29,591 bases of DNA, from positions 1 to 29,591 of IMG/VR virus record IMGVR_UViG_3300021960_009613. One strand, given 5' to 3'. Shown here piece by piece: positions 8,483 to 17,226 of the stretch. Within the stretch, counting starts at the first letter, position 1. The number at the start of each line of letters is the position of its first letter. The notes beneath the pieces were generated by a model. It was given only the letters and a program-made list of their open reading frames with translations. It was not told the DNA's origin and ran no database searches. The position numbers and the translations under genes are program-made. The stretch comes from a virus. Lineage: Duplodnaviria; Caudoviricetes.

Positions 8483-9239
8483 GAGCATTAATCCTTTCGT
8501 TTGAAAAACCTTTCCACTTTCTTCCACCTTTTAAGTGATCAAAATATTTACCTAAAGGTCCTGCAACAATAGGGTGTCTAGCATGAGTGCCATAGCCTAA
8601 GTCAGCACATTTAATTAGCCCTTTTTTTTCTAAATCAAAAGTAACAGTATCAAATGCAAAACAATCATGCCATTCAGGGCAATCAAATATTTTGCCTTCT
8701 TTATACATTGAATCATATAAAAAACACCACAGTTCATGATATTCGTGTTGAGTGTCCCATATTAACATACCAGTTTCTGTAAATTTATTTCGCTTTCTTC
8801 TATCAGGAAAAGCAACATAATGATCACCACCTGTTAAATTATCTAAAAGTTCGGTAGGAACGTCCTGCAATGTCATCAAATCAGCATCTAAATATATTAC
8901 ATATCTTGTTTTAGGGTTTCTAAGCTCTGCTAACTGAGCATATACTTTTTTACTAAACTTAACAGCTTGTCTTTTTGAAATGTCACCGTCAACTGTATCG
9001 TCAAAAATATCTTTATTTTTATATTTTTCAGAAAAAGCTAGTGCACCAAATACATGATCATCAAAGTTAAGAAGATGTATTCTATCAGATGTTTCTAAAG
9101 GAATATTTTGATCCCCTTCTATATAAACATAAGCATGAATATCTTTTGGCCAGTGTTTATCGAAAGTAGGTATACTATACTTACCGTAAACATCCCAATT
9201 TTTAGTTGGAAATGTCATAATTACTGAATAGTCACTCAT
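8472..9239 (-). CDS. GT-A fold glycosyltransferase, paralog 1
   Basis: KFSKK, VIYLDAD, ETGM..WD, EWHDC, HP...[15 protein letters not shown]. Confidence 0.75.
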   Translation of the reverse strand: MSDYSVIMTFPTKNWDVYGKYSIPTFDKHWPKDIHAYVYIEGDQNIPLETSDRIHLLNFDDHVFGALAFSEKYKNKDIFDDTVDGDISKRQAVKFSKKVYAQLAELRNPKTRYVIYLDADLMTLQDVPTELLDNLTGGDHYVAFPDRRKRNKFTETGMLIWDTQHEYHELWCFLYDSMYKEGKIFDCPEWHDCFAFDTVTFDLEKKGLIKCADLGYGTHARHPIVAGPLGKYFDHLKGGRKWKGFSNERINAHGV

Positions 9240-10237
9240 AAAACTGCTTCCATCATTTCATCTATCATTTCTTTAAAAGTATACTTAGGTTGCCAACCTA
9301 AAACTCTTTTTGCTTTTGTTGAGTCACCTAGTAATAAATCAACTTCTGCAGGTCTATAAAAATCTGCGTTTACATCTACATACACTGTACCATATTCATC
9401 TACACCTACTTCATCTAATCCGGAACCACCCCATATTATATTAATATTAATTTTTTTAAACGCTGTTTCTACTAAATTTCTTACAGAATTAAGTTTTCCT
9501 GTAGCTAGAACGTAATCGTCTCCTTCTGAGTGTTGTAACATTCTCCACATGCCTTCTACATAATCTTTAGCGTGTCCCCAATCTCTTTTTGCATCTAAAT
9601 TACCTAAAGATATTTTAGTTTTTTTACCTTTGTGTATGTCAGCTACACCTTTAATAATTTTTTGAGTTACAAAATCGTCACCTCGCCATGGAGATTCATG
9701 GTTAAACAAAATACCATTAGATCCGTGTAGACCATAACTTTCTCTATAATTTTTAACTATCCAATATGAATATAACTTAGCTACACCGTATGGAGATCTA
9801 GGATAGAAAGGTGTCTTTTCGTTTTGAGGTGTTTCTATAACCTTACCGTACAGTTCTGATGTAGAAGCTTGATAGAACCTTGTATGTTCTATAGCACCTG
9901 AGTTTTTAATAGCTTCTAATAATCTAACAGTACCTAACGCGTTGACATCACCTGTATAATCTGGAATATCAAAACTTATTCGAACATGAGATTGTGCTGC
10001 TAAATTATAAACTTCATCAAAACGTATGTGGTTAAATAAGTTTTGAAGAGAACTTGCGTCTGTCAAATCACCATATCTTAAATCCAAATTTTTATTGTCT
10101 AATAAATGTTGTATTCTACTTACATCATTTCCTGCGTTCCGGCGCATAATAGCTGTAACTTCATAACCTTTATCTAACAATAATTCTGCTAGATAACCAC
10201 CATCTTGACCAGTAATTCCTGTAACAAACGCTTTCAT
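9236..10237 (-). CDS. gmd: GDP-mannose 4,6-dehydratase
   Basis: [85 protein letters not shown]. Confidence 0.97.
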   Translation of the reverse strand: MKAFVTGITGQDGGYLAELLLDKGYEVTAIMRRNAGNDVSRIQHLLDNKNLDLRYGDLTDASSLQNLFNHIRFDEVYNLAAQSHVRISFDIPDYTGDVNALGTVRLLEAIKNSGAIEHTRFYQASTSELYGKVIETPQNEKTPFYPRSPYGVAKLYSYWIVKNYRESYGLHGSNGILFNHESPWRGDDFVTQKIIKGVADIHKGKKTKISLGNLDAKRDWGHAKDYVEGMWRMLQHSEGDDYVLATGKLNSVRNLVETAFKKININIIWGGSGLDEVGVDEYGTVYVDVNADFYRPAEVDLLLGDSTKAKRVLGWQPKYTFKEMIDEMMEAVL

Positions 10238-11169
10238 TTGATTAATTCTGCTTTCTTAAGATAATAATTAAGCCATTCTGGTTTTGCCATTTCATCCACG
10301 GTCCAACTTGTATATGACCAATTATAAAGATTTTGTTCTCTTTTGTCCCAATTTACAAGTTCTAAATTATTAAGTAAAGATAAATCATGCATGCAAGCAT
10401 CGTATACTACACATCTACTATCTAGTGCAATAGTAGGTATCCCTTCAGTAATAGATTCGCATGCTGCAGAAGAACTGTGTGTTACAACCACACCTGCTTG
10501 TCTAATAGATTCTATAACTTTTCTTCTATCTTTGTCTGCATGTTCTATTTCGATATTATTAAAACCTTCCGCAATCATTGCAGTAGGGTTTCTATCTAAA
10601 TTTGGATGAGATCTGAGAATAATTTTTTTATCTGTAGAATCCCTAAGTTGCTTTACCACTTTACGAGCCCAGGAATAAAAAGGAAGATGATCGTCATATT
10701 GCCACCCTTTTTCAGATTGTAATAAAAATAAAATAGGTCTATCGTTATCAACAACAGGTTCTTTTTCTTCAAATTGAAAAGCTTCTTTCATCCACAGATA
10801 TCGTTGTGAGTTTGAATTTTTATTTAAAAAGTTTCCGGTTCCCACACAGTCTCCATAGCCAACTCTAAACATATAAGTTTCAGGGCTATTCATTCTATTA
10901 CGAATATAAGTAGAAAACAAAGAAGAATCGAGAGAAAATATTGGTGTATTATTATCTCTATGTTGTTGTATAGAAATAGCTCTTTCAGTATCCATTTTAC
11001 GACGAGTAATAGAACCGAATACAAAAACTACATCAGGGTCTTCCTGAACTATTTCATAACCATTTTCTGATACTGAAGCTTGTATAGCATGAAAAGCAGC
11101 AGTAATTGGATTTGAAAGTAAGTGTCGCTTACTCGCTTTTATAGTTGAGAAATCGCATTGAATTTTCAT
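10234..11169 (-). CDS. KpsS/KpsC-like GT-B protein, 'HP' subtype
   Basis: [36 protein letters not shown]......W..DEM tail shared with its paralogs. Confidence 0.6.
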   Translation of the reverse strand: MKIQCDFSTIKASKRHLLSNPITAAFHAIQASVSENGYEIVQEDPDVVFVFGSITRRKMDTERAISIQQHRDNNTPIFSLDSSLFSTYIRNRMNSPETYMFRVGYGDCVGTGNFLNKNSNSQRYLWMKEAFQFEEKEPVVDNDRPILFLLQSEKGWQYDDHLPFYSWARKVVKQLRDSTDKKIILRSHPNLDRNPTAMIAEGFNNIEIEHADKDRRKVIESIRQAGVVVTHSSSAACESITEGIPTIALDSRCVVYDACMHDLSLLNNLELVNWDKREQNLYNWSYTSWTVDEMAKPEWLNYYLKKAELIK

Positions 11170-11905
11170 AACATAAACCTTCGCGCATTTCTTTTATAGA
11201 GTATTGCTTATAAGCAAGATTGTAAAAGAGATGCTCTCTATCATATTTATAAGGATTTTCTAACTTAGAAAAATCTCTGTTTGTACACCAAGCACTTGGT
11301 GCATAATCTGAAGTACTGAATACTGGTACACCTGCTGCTAATGCATCAACTGCACATATAGATCCTGAAACCACGACAGCATGTGCCTTATTAAGATCAG
11401 AATTAAAAGGAGTATCAGCAACACTAGGACCAGATGTTCCAGCTTTTCTAGGCTTGAGACGAACTTTGATGGGTTTATTCGTCTGCTCTCTAATTTGTTT
11501 AGATGTTTTTTCAATCCATTCATTTACATTACAACCGTGCATATAAAATGTCATAGTCTCTGATGAAGGACACAGCAAAATATATTCACCTTCGTTCTTC
11601 CATGGTTGAATATTTATTTTCCACTGTTCAAATCTATCTGAAGGTACATCTAATTTTCTATTATCGTGTAAACTCTGATAACACCATCTCCAATAAGTAT
11701 TATCCCAATCTTCATTTTTAGGATCATATCTACCATTGTATGGCATATCAGTAAAAATAAAATCACCGTTCATGTATAAAATATTATTACCAATAAGACC
11801 CCATAGAACGTATCTATCAAATTCATGAGAGTTTATAGTTGCATCAGGCCACCCTTGCTCTAATGCAGCATATATTTTTTCCATTTTAGGAGATGGTCTT
11901 GGCAT
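11129..11905 (-). CDS. KpsS/KpsC-like GT-B protein, 'KP' subtype
   Basis: PWK..GEYILLCPSS, IKVRLKP, VVVSGSICAVDALAAGVPVF. Likely start is ATG 11905 (TAATG overlap); the ORF track extends to 11968. Confidence 0.6.
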   Translation of the reverse strand: MPRPSPKMEKIYAALEQGWPDATINSHEFDRYVLWGLIGNNILYMNGDFIFTDMPYNGRYDPKNEDWDNTYWRWCYQSLHDNRKLDVPSDRFEQWKINIQPWKNEGEYILLCPSSETMTFYMHGCNVNEWIEKTSKQIREQTNKPIKVRLKPRKAGTSGPSVADTPFNSDLNKAHAVVVSGSICAVDALAAGVPVFSTSDYAPSAWCTNRDFSKLENPYKYDREHLFYNLAYKQYSIKEMREGLCYENSMRFLNYKSE

Positions 11906-12759
11906 TACCAAAGATAATCTTTGAGTCTCTTCCACGGTTTTCCTTCTGAAATTTCTTCTGGCCACCACTCAATATGTGTAAGCTCTTTAAGCCATTGTTC
12001 TCTGTTATTATATGGAGGCGACTCTATGTCTCTCCATTGTTTTACAGACATTGGATAAGCAAATGACATACAACTTGTATACGCGTGTACACCGTTTATA
12101 ACTGCTTCAATAGCTGGATTTGAAGAATGGTTAATAACACACCACGATCTGTCTAAAATTTCGTTAAAGTTAAAATTATCGTCTATACCGGTATTCCTTG
12201 GTACATCGAAGAACACATCCCTAAATTCTGCAGCAACTCCATGAAAGTCTGTAATCCTGTCTCTAGGGTGGGGTCTGATGACGATATCTCTGGAACTATG
12301 TTCTCTAATTTTCCCAATAGCGTTTCGTAAGTATACTTCAACTGTTGGCATTGAAGACCATTGGTGTGAGTCTGGTCGTTGTGTAGCGATTGTAATAAAT
12401 TGTCCATCAGTTTTCCAGGGCTCAAGTTTAATCCCAAACTTTTCAACCCTACCTTCTTCTAAATTTGTATGATTAGCAAATTCAGCACCGTTATTGATGC
12501 CACCTAAACCTACTCGCCAGGTTTCGTTCCTTTTGAGAGCTCCAACCTCGATGACGATGATGGGTTTACCTTGTCTGGTATAGTGCTCCCAAACTTTACG
12601 GTTTGGTTCCATCCGTCCTGCGAATAAGATTGACCATATGACTGCAACGTCTGCGTCCATGTCGTTAAATACGATATCTTCGTCACATCCTTCTGCAAAG
12701 GCAGAAAAGATTGGTGGAGAGTTAAGGGCTCCGTAATTTGTAAAGAGTGATACTCGCAT
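11905..12759 (-). CDS. KpsS/KpsC-like GT-B protein, 'HP' subtype; first gene of the glycan operon
   Basis: IEVG, PWK.DG.FI.IATQRPDS, IVIRPHPR, VINHSSNPAIEAVINGV, REQWL..L...EW..EEI..G. Confidence 0.65.
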   Translation of the reverse strand: MRVSLFTNYGALNSPPIFSAFAEGCDEDIVFNDMDADVAVIWSILFAGRMEPNRKVWEHYTRQGKPIIVIEVGALKRNETWRVGLGGINNGAEFANHTNLEEGRVEKFGIKLEPWKTDGQFITIATQRPDSHQWSSMPTVEVYLRNAIGKIREHSSRDIVIRPHPRDRITDFHGVAAEFRDVFFDVPRNTGIDDNFNFNEILDRSWCVINHSSNPAIEAVINGVHAYTSCMSFAYPMSVKQWRDIESPPYNNREQWLKELTHIEWWPEEISEGKPWKRLKDYLW

Positions 12760-12771
12760 TTAACCATTATA
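12760..12771 (-). promoter_or_regulatory. -10 box TATAAT 6 nt upstream of the glycan operon start codon (possible leaderless promoter)
   Basis: Minus strand reads TATAAT-ggttaa-ATG; no SD and no clear -35. Confidence 0.45.
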
Positions 12772-12781
12772 ATAAAAAAAT

Positions 12782-13885
12782 CTATTCTGTTTTATTTTCT
12801 CTGTAAATATCCATTGATCTTTCATTATCTTTTTTCTTAGGACGCACATACTGTTTATTTTTATAATTAGGATTAGGCACTTTTAAGTTAGGACGTTTAC
12901 GATCAACAATAACAGGCTTTATAGGAGTTTTTTCTTCTAAATCATCTTCATTAACATTTTCTTTTGTAATATTTGGTTTAGTACCATGAATTTTTTCATG
13001 ACTATCGTGATGATCGTGTGAACCATAATGAGAAATTGAATACCCTTTATTCTTCATAGTTTTATGTTGCTCAGAGTTTTTGATAAGATTATCTATCCTA
13101 GGACGATTATCTGGTTTTTCACCTTTAAAATCAACTGCAGTGTGATGAACATCTAAATGTAATTTATTGTCTTTAGATGAACGTTTAATATAGGTCATTT
13201 TGTAATGACCTTTATCATTTACTGAGTCTTCACTAAAAACTATTTGTTGTTTTTTAGCTAAATTAAGATGAGAAACTATTTCATTAAATGCTTTTGTTTT
13301 TATATCTATTTTTTCTGACTCTTTAATACCTAAGCGAGACATATACATATTCTTTGTATGCTTAGGCATCCCTTGAAGTAGTAATCGTACACTATCTTCT
13401 TCACCATCTTTTAACATAGTTTTAAAAGTTTTAAGAACTTTTTGATCTATACCTTCAGATACTGCAGATAATTTTAAATCTTGTTTTTGCTCTTCATTAG
13501 CATTTAATTTTGCGGCAATAGCCATTTGACGTCTTTTAGCCATAGATTTGCCTTGAAATTGAGGAGCATCTGACTTTTTAAAATCATCAATTACATCACC
13601 CATATCAGCTTTTTTCATATCCATTTTTTCTCTTAGAAAAGGATTATCTCCTGAAAGCGTTGAAATATTTTCCACCGATTCACTCCTTACCATATTCCAC
13701 CTAGCTTGTTGCTTATAGTCATAACCATATTCTGTTTCAGCGTCTTGATTAGAAACAGGAACAACCTCATCAACCATGTCTGGTCCAAGAAACTTTTTCA
13801 TTTGGCGACCGACTAAAGCTCTTGTTTTACCAAAAGTAAGTATAGGAGGATTATTGTTATGTAGACGAACTAAAAATAATTTCAT
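12782..13885 (-). CDS. Modular charged protein, probably a late virion-internal protein
   Basis: Low-complexity modules separated by hydrophobic-x-E sites; contains ADMGDVIDDFKKSDAPQFQGKS..KRRQMAIAAKL; preceded by AATAAATA. Confidence 0.55.
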   Translation of the reverse strand: MKLFLVRLHNNNPPILTFGKTRALVGRQMKKFLGPDMVDEVVPVSNQDAETEYGYDYKQQARWNMVRSESVENISTLSGDNPFLREKMDMKKADMGDVIDDFKKSDAPQFQGKSMAKRRQMAIAAKLNANEEQKQDLKLSAVSEGIDQKVLKTFKTMLKDGEEDSVRLLLQGMPKHTKNMYMSRLGIKESEKIDIKTKAFNEIVSHLNLAKKQQIVFSEDSVNDKGHYKMTYIKRSSKDNKLHLDVHHTAVDFKGEKPDNRPRIDNLIKNSEQHKTMKNKGYSISHYGSHDHHDSHEKIHGTKPNITKENVNEDDLEEKTPIKPVIVDRKRPNLKVPNPNYKNKQYVRPKKKDNERSMDIYRENKTE

Positions 13886-13889
13886 ACTG

Positions 13890-13897
13890 TATTTATT
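13890..13897 (-). promoter_or_regulatory. Late promoter variant AATAAATA
   Basis: One mismatch to T4 TATAAATA; 4 nt upstream of the ATG, the same geometry as the gp3 promoter. Confidence 0.55.
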
Positions 13898-15599
13898 ATT
13901 TTTTTGAATCGATTATTTTCGAAAAATTACCATCTTTATAAAATTCAACTAATGATTTAAACCGATCACTATTTTGCCCTTTATGAGATATAACAAATAC
14001 ATTAGTGTTATCTAACCCACCTAAAATATCCCATAAAACATCAGTAGCTTCTGCGTCAAGAGAGCTATCACCTACTTCATCCATAATAAGTAAGTTAGTA
14101 TTAACACTATTTTTTAACTTAGCAATTTCACGCCATGTAAACATAAGAGCAAGATCAATTCGCATTTTTTCTCCTTCAGAAAATGATGCGTAACTAAATG
14201 TATCTCTGTATCGCGATTTAATAACTTCATTAAACGATTCATCTAAATGAAAAGAATAATTAGCACCCATACGATCTAAATATTGATTGATAAGCTGATT
14301 CATAACAGGTAAATATTGCTTAATAATTTTAGCTTTTATACCATCATCTCTTAATAGTATTCTACAAATCTCATAATAATGTTTAAGCTCTGCAAGATTA
14401 TGTGATTGTTTTTCTAAAATTTTAAATTCGATATCATATTCTGTAAGTTCTTTTTGAGCTTGTTTTAAAGATATTGAATCAGATTCTTGAGTACGTACTT
14501 CTAGATTACTATAAAGAGTAAATAAAGCTTTCTTTTGATTTACTAAATCTCTTCTTACTTCTAAGATAGAATCATACTGCTGCTGTACTTCATGTGCTTC
14601 TCTTATTTTTTCTTCCAATGTTTGATAAGTTGATATTACAACAGGTTTTAAGTCTTCTAATTTTTTTGCTTCTTCTGAAAGAATAGTTACTTGTTTAGTT
14701 TTTAACCCATTATCTATATCTTGCTCACACACATAACAGTGATCATGATTTTTATAAAATTTTATTTTACTATCTACTTCAGCTCTTTTTTGCTTTATTT
14801 GCTGACCTTTAAATTTTGCTGTTGAGAGTTTATCTTGTAAGTCATTTACATCAATAAGAGTTAAAAGATTTATGTCGCTATCAGATTTAGAAATTTTAAT
14901 TTCTATTAAATTAATTTGCCCATCAATTTTATTTTTTTCTTGTAGTATTTTTTCTTCTGATTCTTTAGATCTGTTTACTAGATTATTAATAAGACCTTTT
15001 TGACCTGATATTTTTGTTTTTAAAATTTCTTTTTGATATTCATTTTCCTTGATATCTAGTTCTGTATTTTGTGCTCTAGATTTAAGAATGTTATTCATCT
15101 TAGAAAAAACTGTTATGTCTAATATTTCTTCTATAATAACTCTTCTATCATTTGTAGGAAGATCCATAAATGATTGATATCTTGCTGAACCAAGAATCAC
15201 AATTTGAGTAAATGCTCTATAATTAAGACCAATAATATCTTCTAATTTTTTTTGATAATCTTTTATTGCTGCATCATGAGGCATAAGTTTTTTATTTCGA
15301 TAAATTTCAAACTTATTAGGCTTAATACCTCTAACTACTTTATAGTCTACACTATTAATTTCAAACTCAACTTCAACTTCTAAGTTTTTTTCATTAACTG
15401 TATTCATTAATTGTGGTTTATTAATATTACGGTAAGGTTTACCAAAAATACCATAACATAGAGCATCTAGAATAGTAGATTTACCTGAACCGTTTTGACC
15501 GGTAATAAGAACAGACGGTACTCTATTGAGTAAGATAACGTTAGGTGTATTACCTGTAGATAGAAAGTTTTTATATGAAACTGTTTTAAATAATATCAT
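13896..15599 (-). CDS. gp46: Recombination endonuclease ATPase subunit (Rad50/SbcC-like)
   Basis: YKNFLSTGN, GQNGSGKST, central CYVC hook within a coiled coil, FSEGEKMRIDLAL, LIMDEV.DSSLD, VISH. Confidence 0.97.
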   Translation of the reverse strand: MILFKTVSYKNFLSTGNTPNVILLNRVPSVLITGQNGSGKSTILDALCYGIFGKPYRNINKPQLMNTVNEKNLEVEVEFEINSVDYKVVRGIKPNKFEIYRNKKLMPHDAAIKDYQKKLEDIIGLNYRAFTQIVILGSARYQSFMDLPTNDRRVIIEEILDITVFSKMNNILKSRAQNTELDIKENEYQKEILKTKISGQKGLINNLVNRSKESEEKILQEKNKIDGQINLIEIKISKSDSDINLLTLIDVNDLQDKLSTAKFKGQQIKQKRAEVDSKIKFYKNHDHCYVCEQDIDNGLKTKQVTILSEEAKKLEDLKPVVISTYQTLEEKIREAHEVQQQYDSILEVRRDLVNQKKALFTLYSNLEVRTQESDSISLKQAQKELTEYDIEFKILEKQSHNLAELKHYYEICRILLRDDGIKAKIIKQYLPVMNQLINQYLDRMGANYSFHLDESFNEVIKSRYRDTFSYASFSEGEKMRIDLALMFTWREIAKLKNSVNTNLLIMDEVGDSSLDAEATDVLWDILGGLDNTNVFVISHKGQNSDRFKSLVEFYKDGNFSKIIDSKK

Positions 15600-16630
15600 T
15601 CATCTACACTCATAGCATCTTCATATATCTCTATCATAAGTTTTTTAATAGATTCTTTATTATTATCTGTAGCAACATCATCAATATACTCTCCAATAAG
15701 CTCAGTAGTAGAAGATAATTGTATAATTTCTCCTACATTTTCTTGATTAAATTCTTCAAACGATTCTAGTATTTTAACTTCAAAAGGTTCTTGAAAGTTA
15801 ACCCGATCAATAAATTTTTCAAATTCTTCAAAACTAGTTTTCTTTTTTATGTTAATCTTTACATAGCTATCCAAACATAATTCAATAGGATAATCACACC
15901 CATCGTTCCATGTTATTCTATGAAAATATTTTCCTTTATTTTCTACAAATTCCCATGATCGATCAGTAGTGTCTAGTATCCAAAAACCTTGTTTAGAAGA
16001 AGTGTCGTTCCACATTAGTTGATAAGGTATACCAATATAATGTATATTAGCGATTTTATTTTGTGTATGATAGTGTCCTGAAATAACTTCTTTCCAGTTT
16101 TTAAAGTCTGCTGGCAGATAACCTTCCTCAGATAACCTTCCGGGTAGTAATACAGCACCTTGCGTTTCTAGATGCCCTACTAATATATCTCCACCTTTAC
16201 GAATAACATTAGTTACTTCTTCGTAATTTTCTTTACACACCCAAGGTATAAAAGTAATGTCAACACCATCAAAATTTAACGTCTTAGGTTTATCATAAAA
16301 ATTCATATGTGATTGAGTTAATATTTGCTGTGGCGAATTCATAACTAAGGAATGGCGTAAAGGTATATCATGATTACCAATAATACCATGTACTGTTACG
16401 TTTAATTTTTCAGCGAAATCAACAAAATACATCTTTTGAAAAGACATAGTTTGTAAATTGATCCATTTACGGTTATCAAAATAATCACCTGTTTGAATAA
16501 CAGTTTTAATATTGTTTTTTTCAATATATGGCCAGAAACAGTTCATTAAAAAACTTCTCTGATGACGCTGAATAACTTGATTAGAGTTGCGTGCACCGAA
16601 ATGTAAATCACCAATAAACGCTATTTTCAT
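15596..16630 (-). CDS. gp47: Recombination endonuclease nuclease subunit (Mre11/SbcD-like)
   Basis: GDLHFG, GDYFDNRK, GNHD, GHLE, SGHYH, PYQL.W.D. Confidence 0.96.
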   Translation of the reverse strand: MKIAFIGDLHFGARNSNQVIQRHQRSFLMNCFWPYIEKNNIKTVIQTGDYFDNRKWINLQTMSFQKMYFVDFAEKLNVTVHGIIGNHDIPLRHSLVMNSPQQILTQSHMNFYDKPKTLNFDGVDITFIPWVCKENYEEVTNVIRKGGDILVGHLETQGAVLLPGRLSEEGYLPADFKNWKEVISGHYHTQNKIANIHYIGIPYQLMWNDTSSKQGFWILDTTDRSWEFVENKGKYFHRITWNDGCDYPIELCLDSYVKINIKKKTSFEEFEKFIDRVNFQEPFEVKILESFEEFNQENVGEIIQLSSTTELIGEYIDDVATDNNKESIKKLMIEIYEDAMSVDE

Positions 16631-17226
16631 TTTTCACCTTTTGATGGTCGTAATGGTGTACCACCTTTATAAGCGGCGCGTGATTCTTTAGTATAACCAG
16701 TACGTAAAGAGAAACCACCTTTACCTTTTTCTACTCTTTGACTTTGCAACTCATCTAATTTTTGATCTGCTATAGAACGAGCGTGTGTATCAGCAACACC
16801 TTCAAATTCTTGATCTCCCATAACAGAGACTTCTGCTTCTTGAATAAGTCTTAAATTTAGTTCATATTTTTTCTTTTCATTCTTAATAGTCTGTATCATA
16901 TGACTGAATAATATTTGGGTTACATACGCAAAACCGTTGTCAAAACGTGTTCCGTCAAAGCGGTACATATATTTCATAGCACCTAAAATAGCATTCTGTA
17001 CCATCTCATCTCTATACATATAACCTTTAAAACGTGGAGTAAGAGATAGTCTATTTGACATTTTATAAACACACTCTCCTAGATAACGAGACATAACTGG
17101 TCTCTCTTCTCCTTTAGCTAAAGCTTTCTTACAAGCTTGACTATATTCATCTAGCGCTAATGTAAATTCAATATTATTAACGTAATGTTCATCGCCTGGT
17201 TTTTGTCTGGTTCTTTTTTGTGTCAT
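16627..17226 (-). CDS. gp55: Late-transcription sigma factor
   Basis: HYVNN.EF..AL, YLGEC..K....LS..P.F.GY.YRDEMV, FAY.TQI, IKNEKK; syntenic between uvsW and gp47. Confidence 0.93.
   Translation of the reverse strand: MTQKRTRQKPGDEHYVNNIEFTLALDEYSQACKKALAKGEERPVMSRYLGECVYKMSNRLSLTPRFKGYMYRDEMVQNAILGAMKYMYRFDGTRFDNGFAYVTQILFSHMIQTIKNEKKKYELNLRLIQEAEVSVMGDQEFEGVADTHARSIADQKLDELQSQRVEKGKGGFSLRTGYTKESRAAYKGGTPLRPSKGEK

Noticed and set aside
894-9239. DNA hypermodification role for the transferases
   Set aside because: No hydroxymethylase, TET/JBP or T4 alpha/beta-glucosyltransferase-like gene in the window, and Kdo/GT9/Kps-like families point to surface glycans. Not formally excluded.
894-12759. 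Glycan operon as contaminating host DNA or a bacterial LPS locus
   Set aside because: It is contiguous and co-oriented with phage core genes, has compact phage-like overlaps, and lacks wzx/wzy/waaL/ABC export genes. Read-level confirmation is still advisable.
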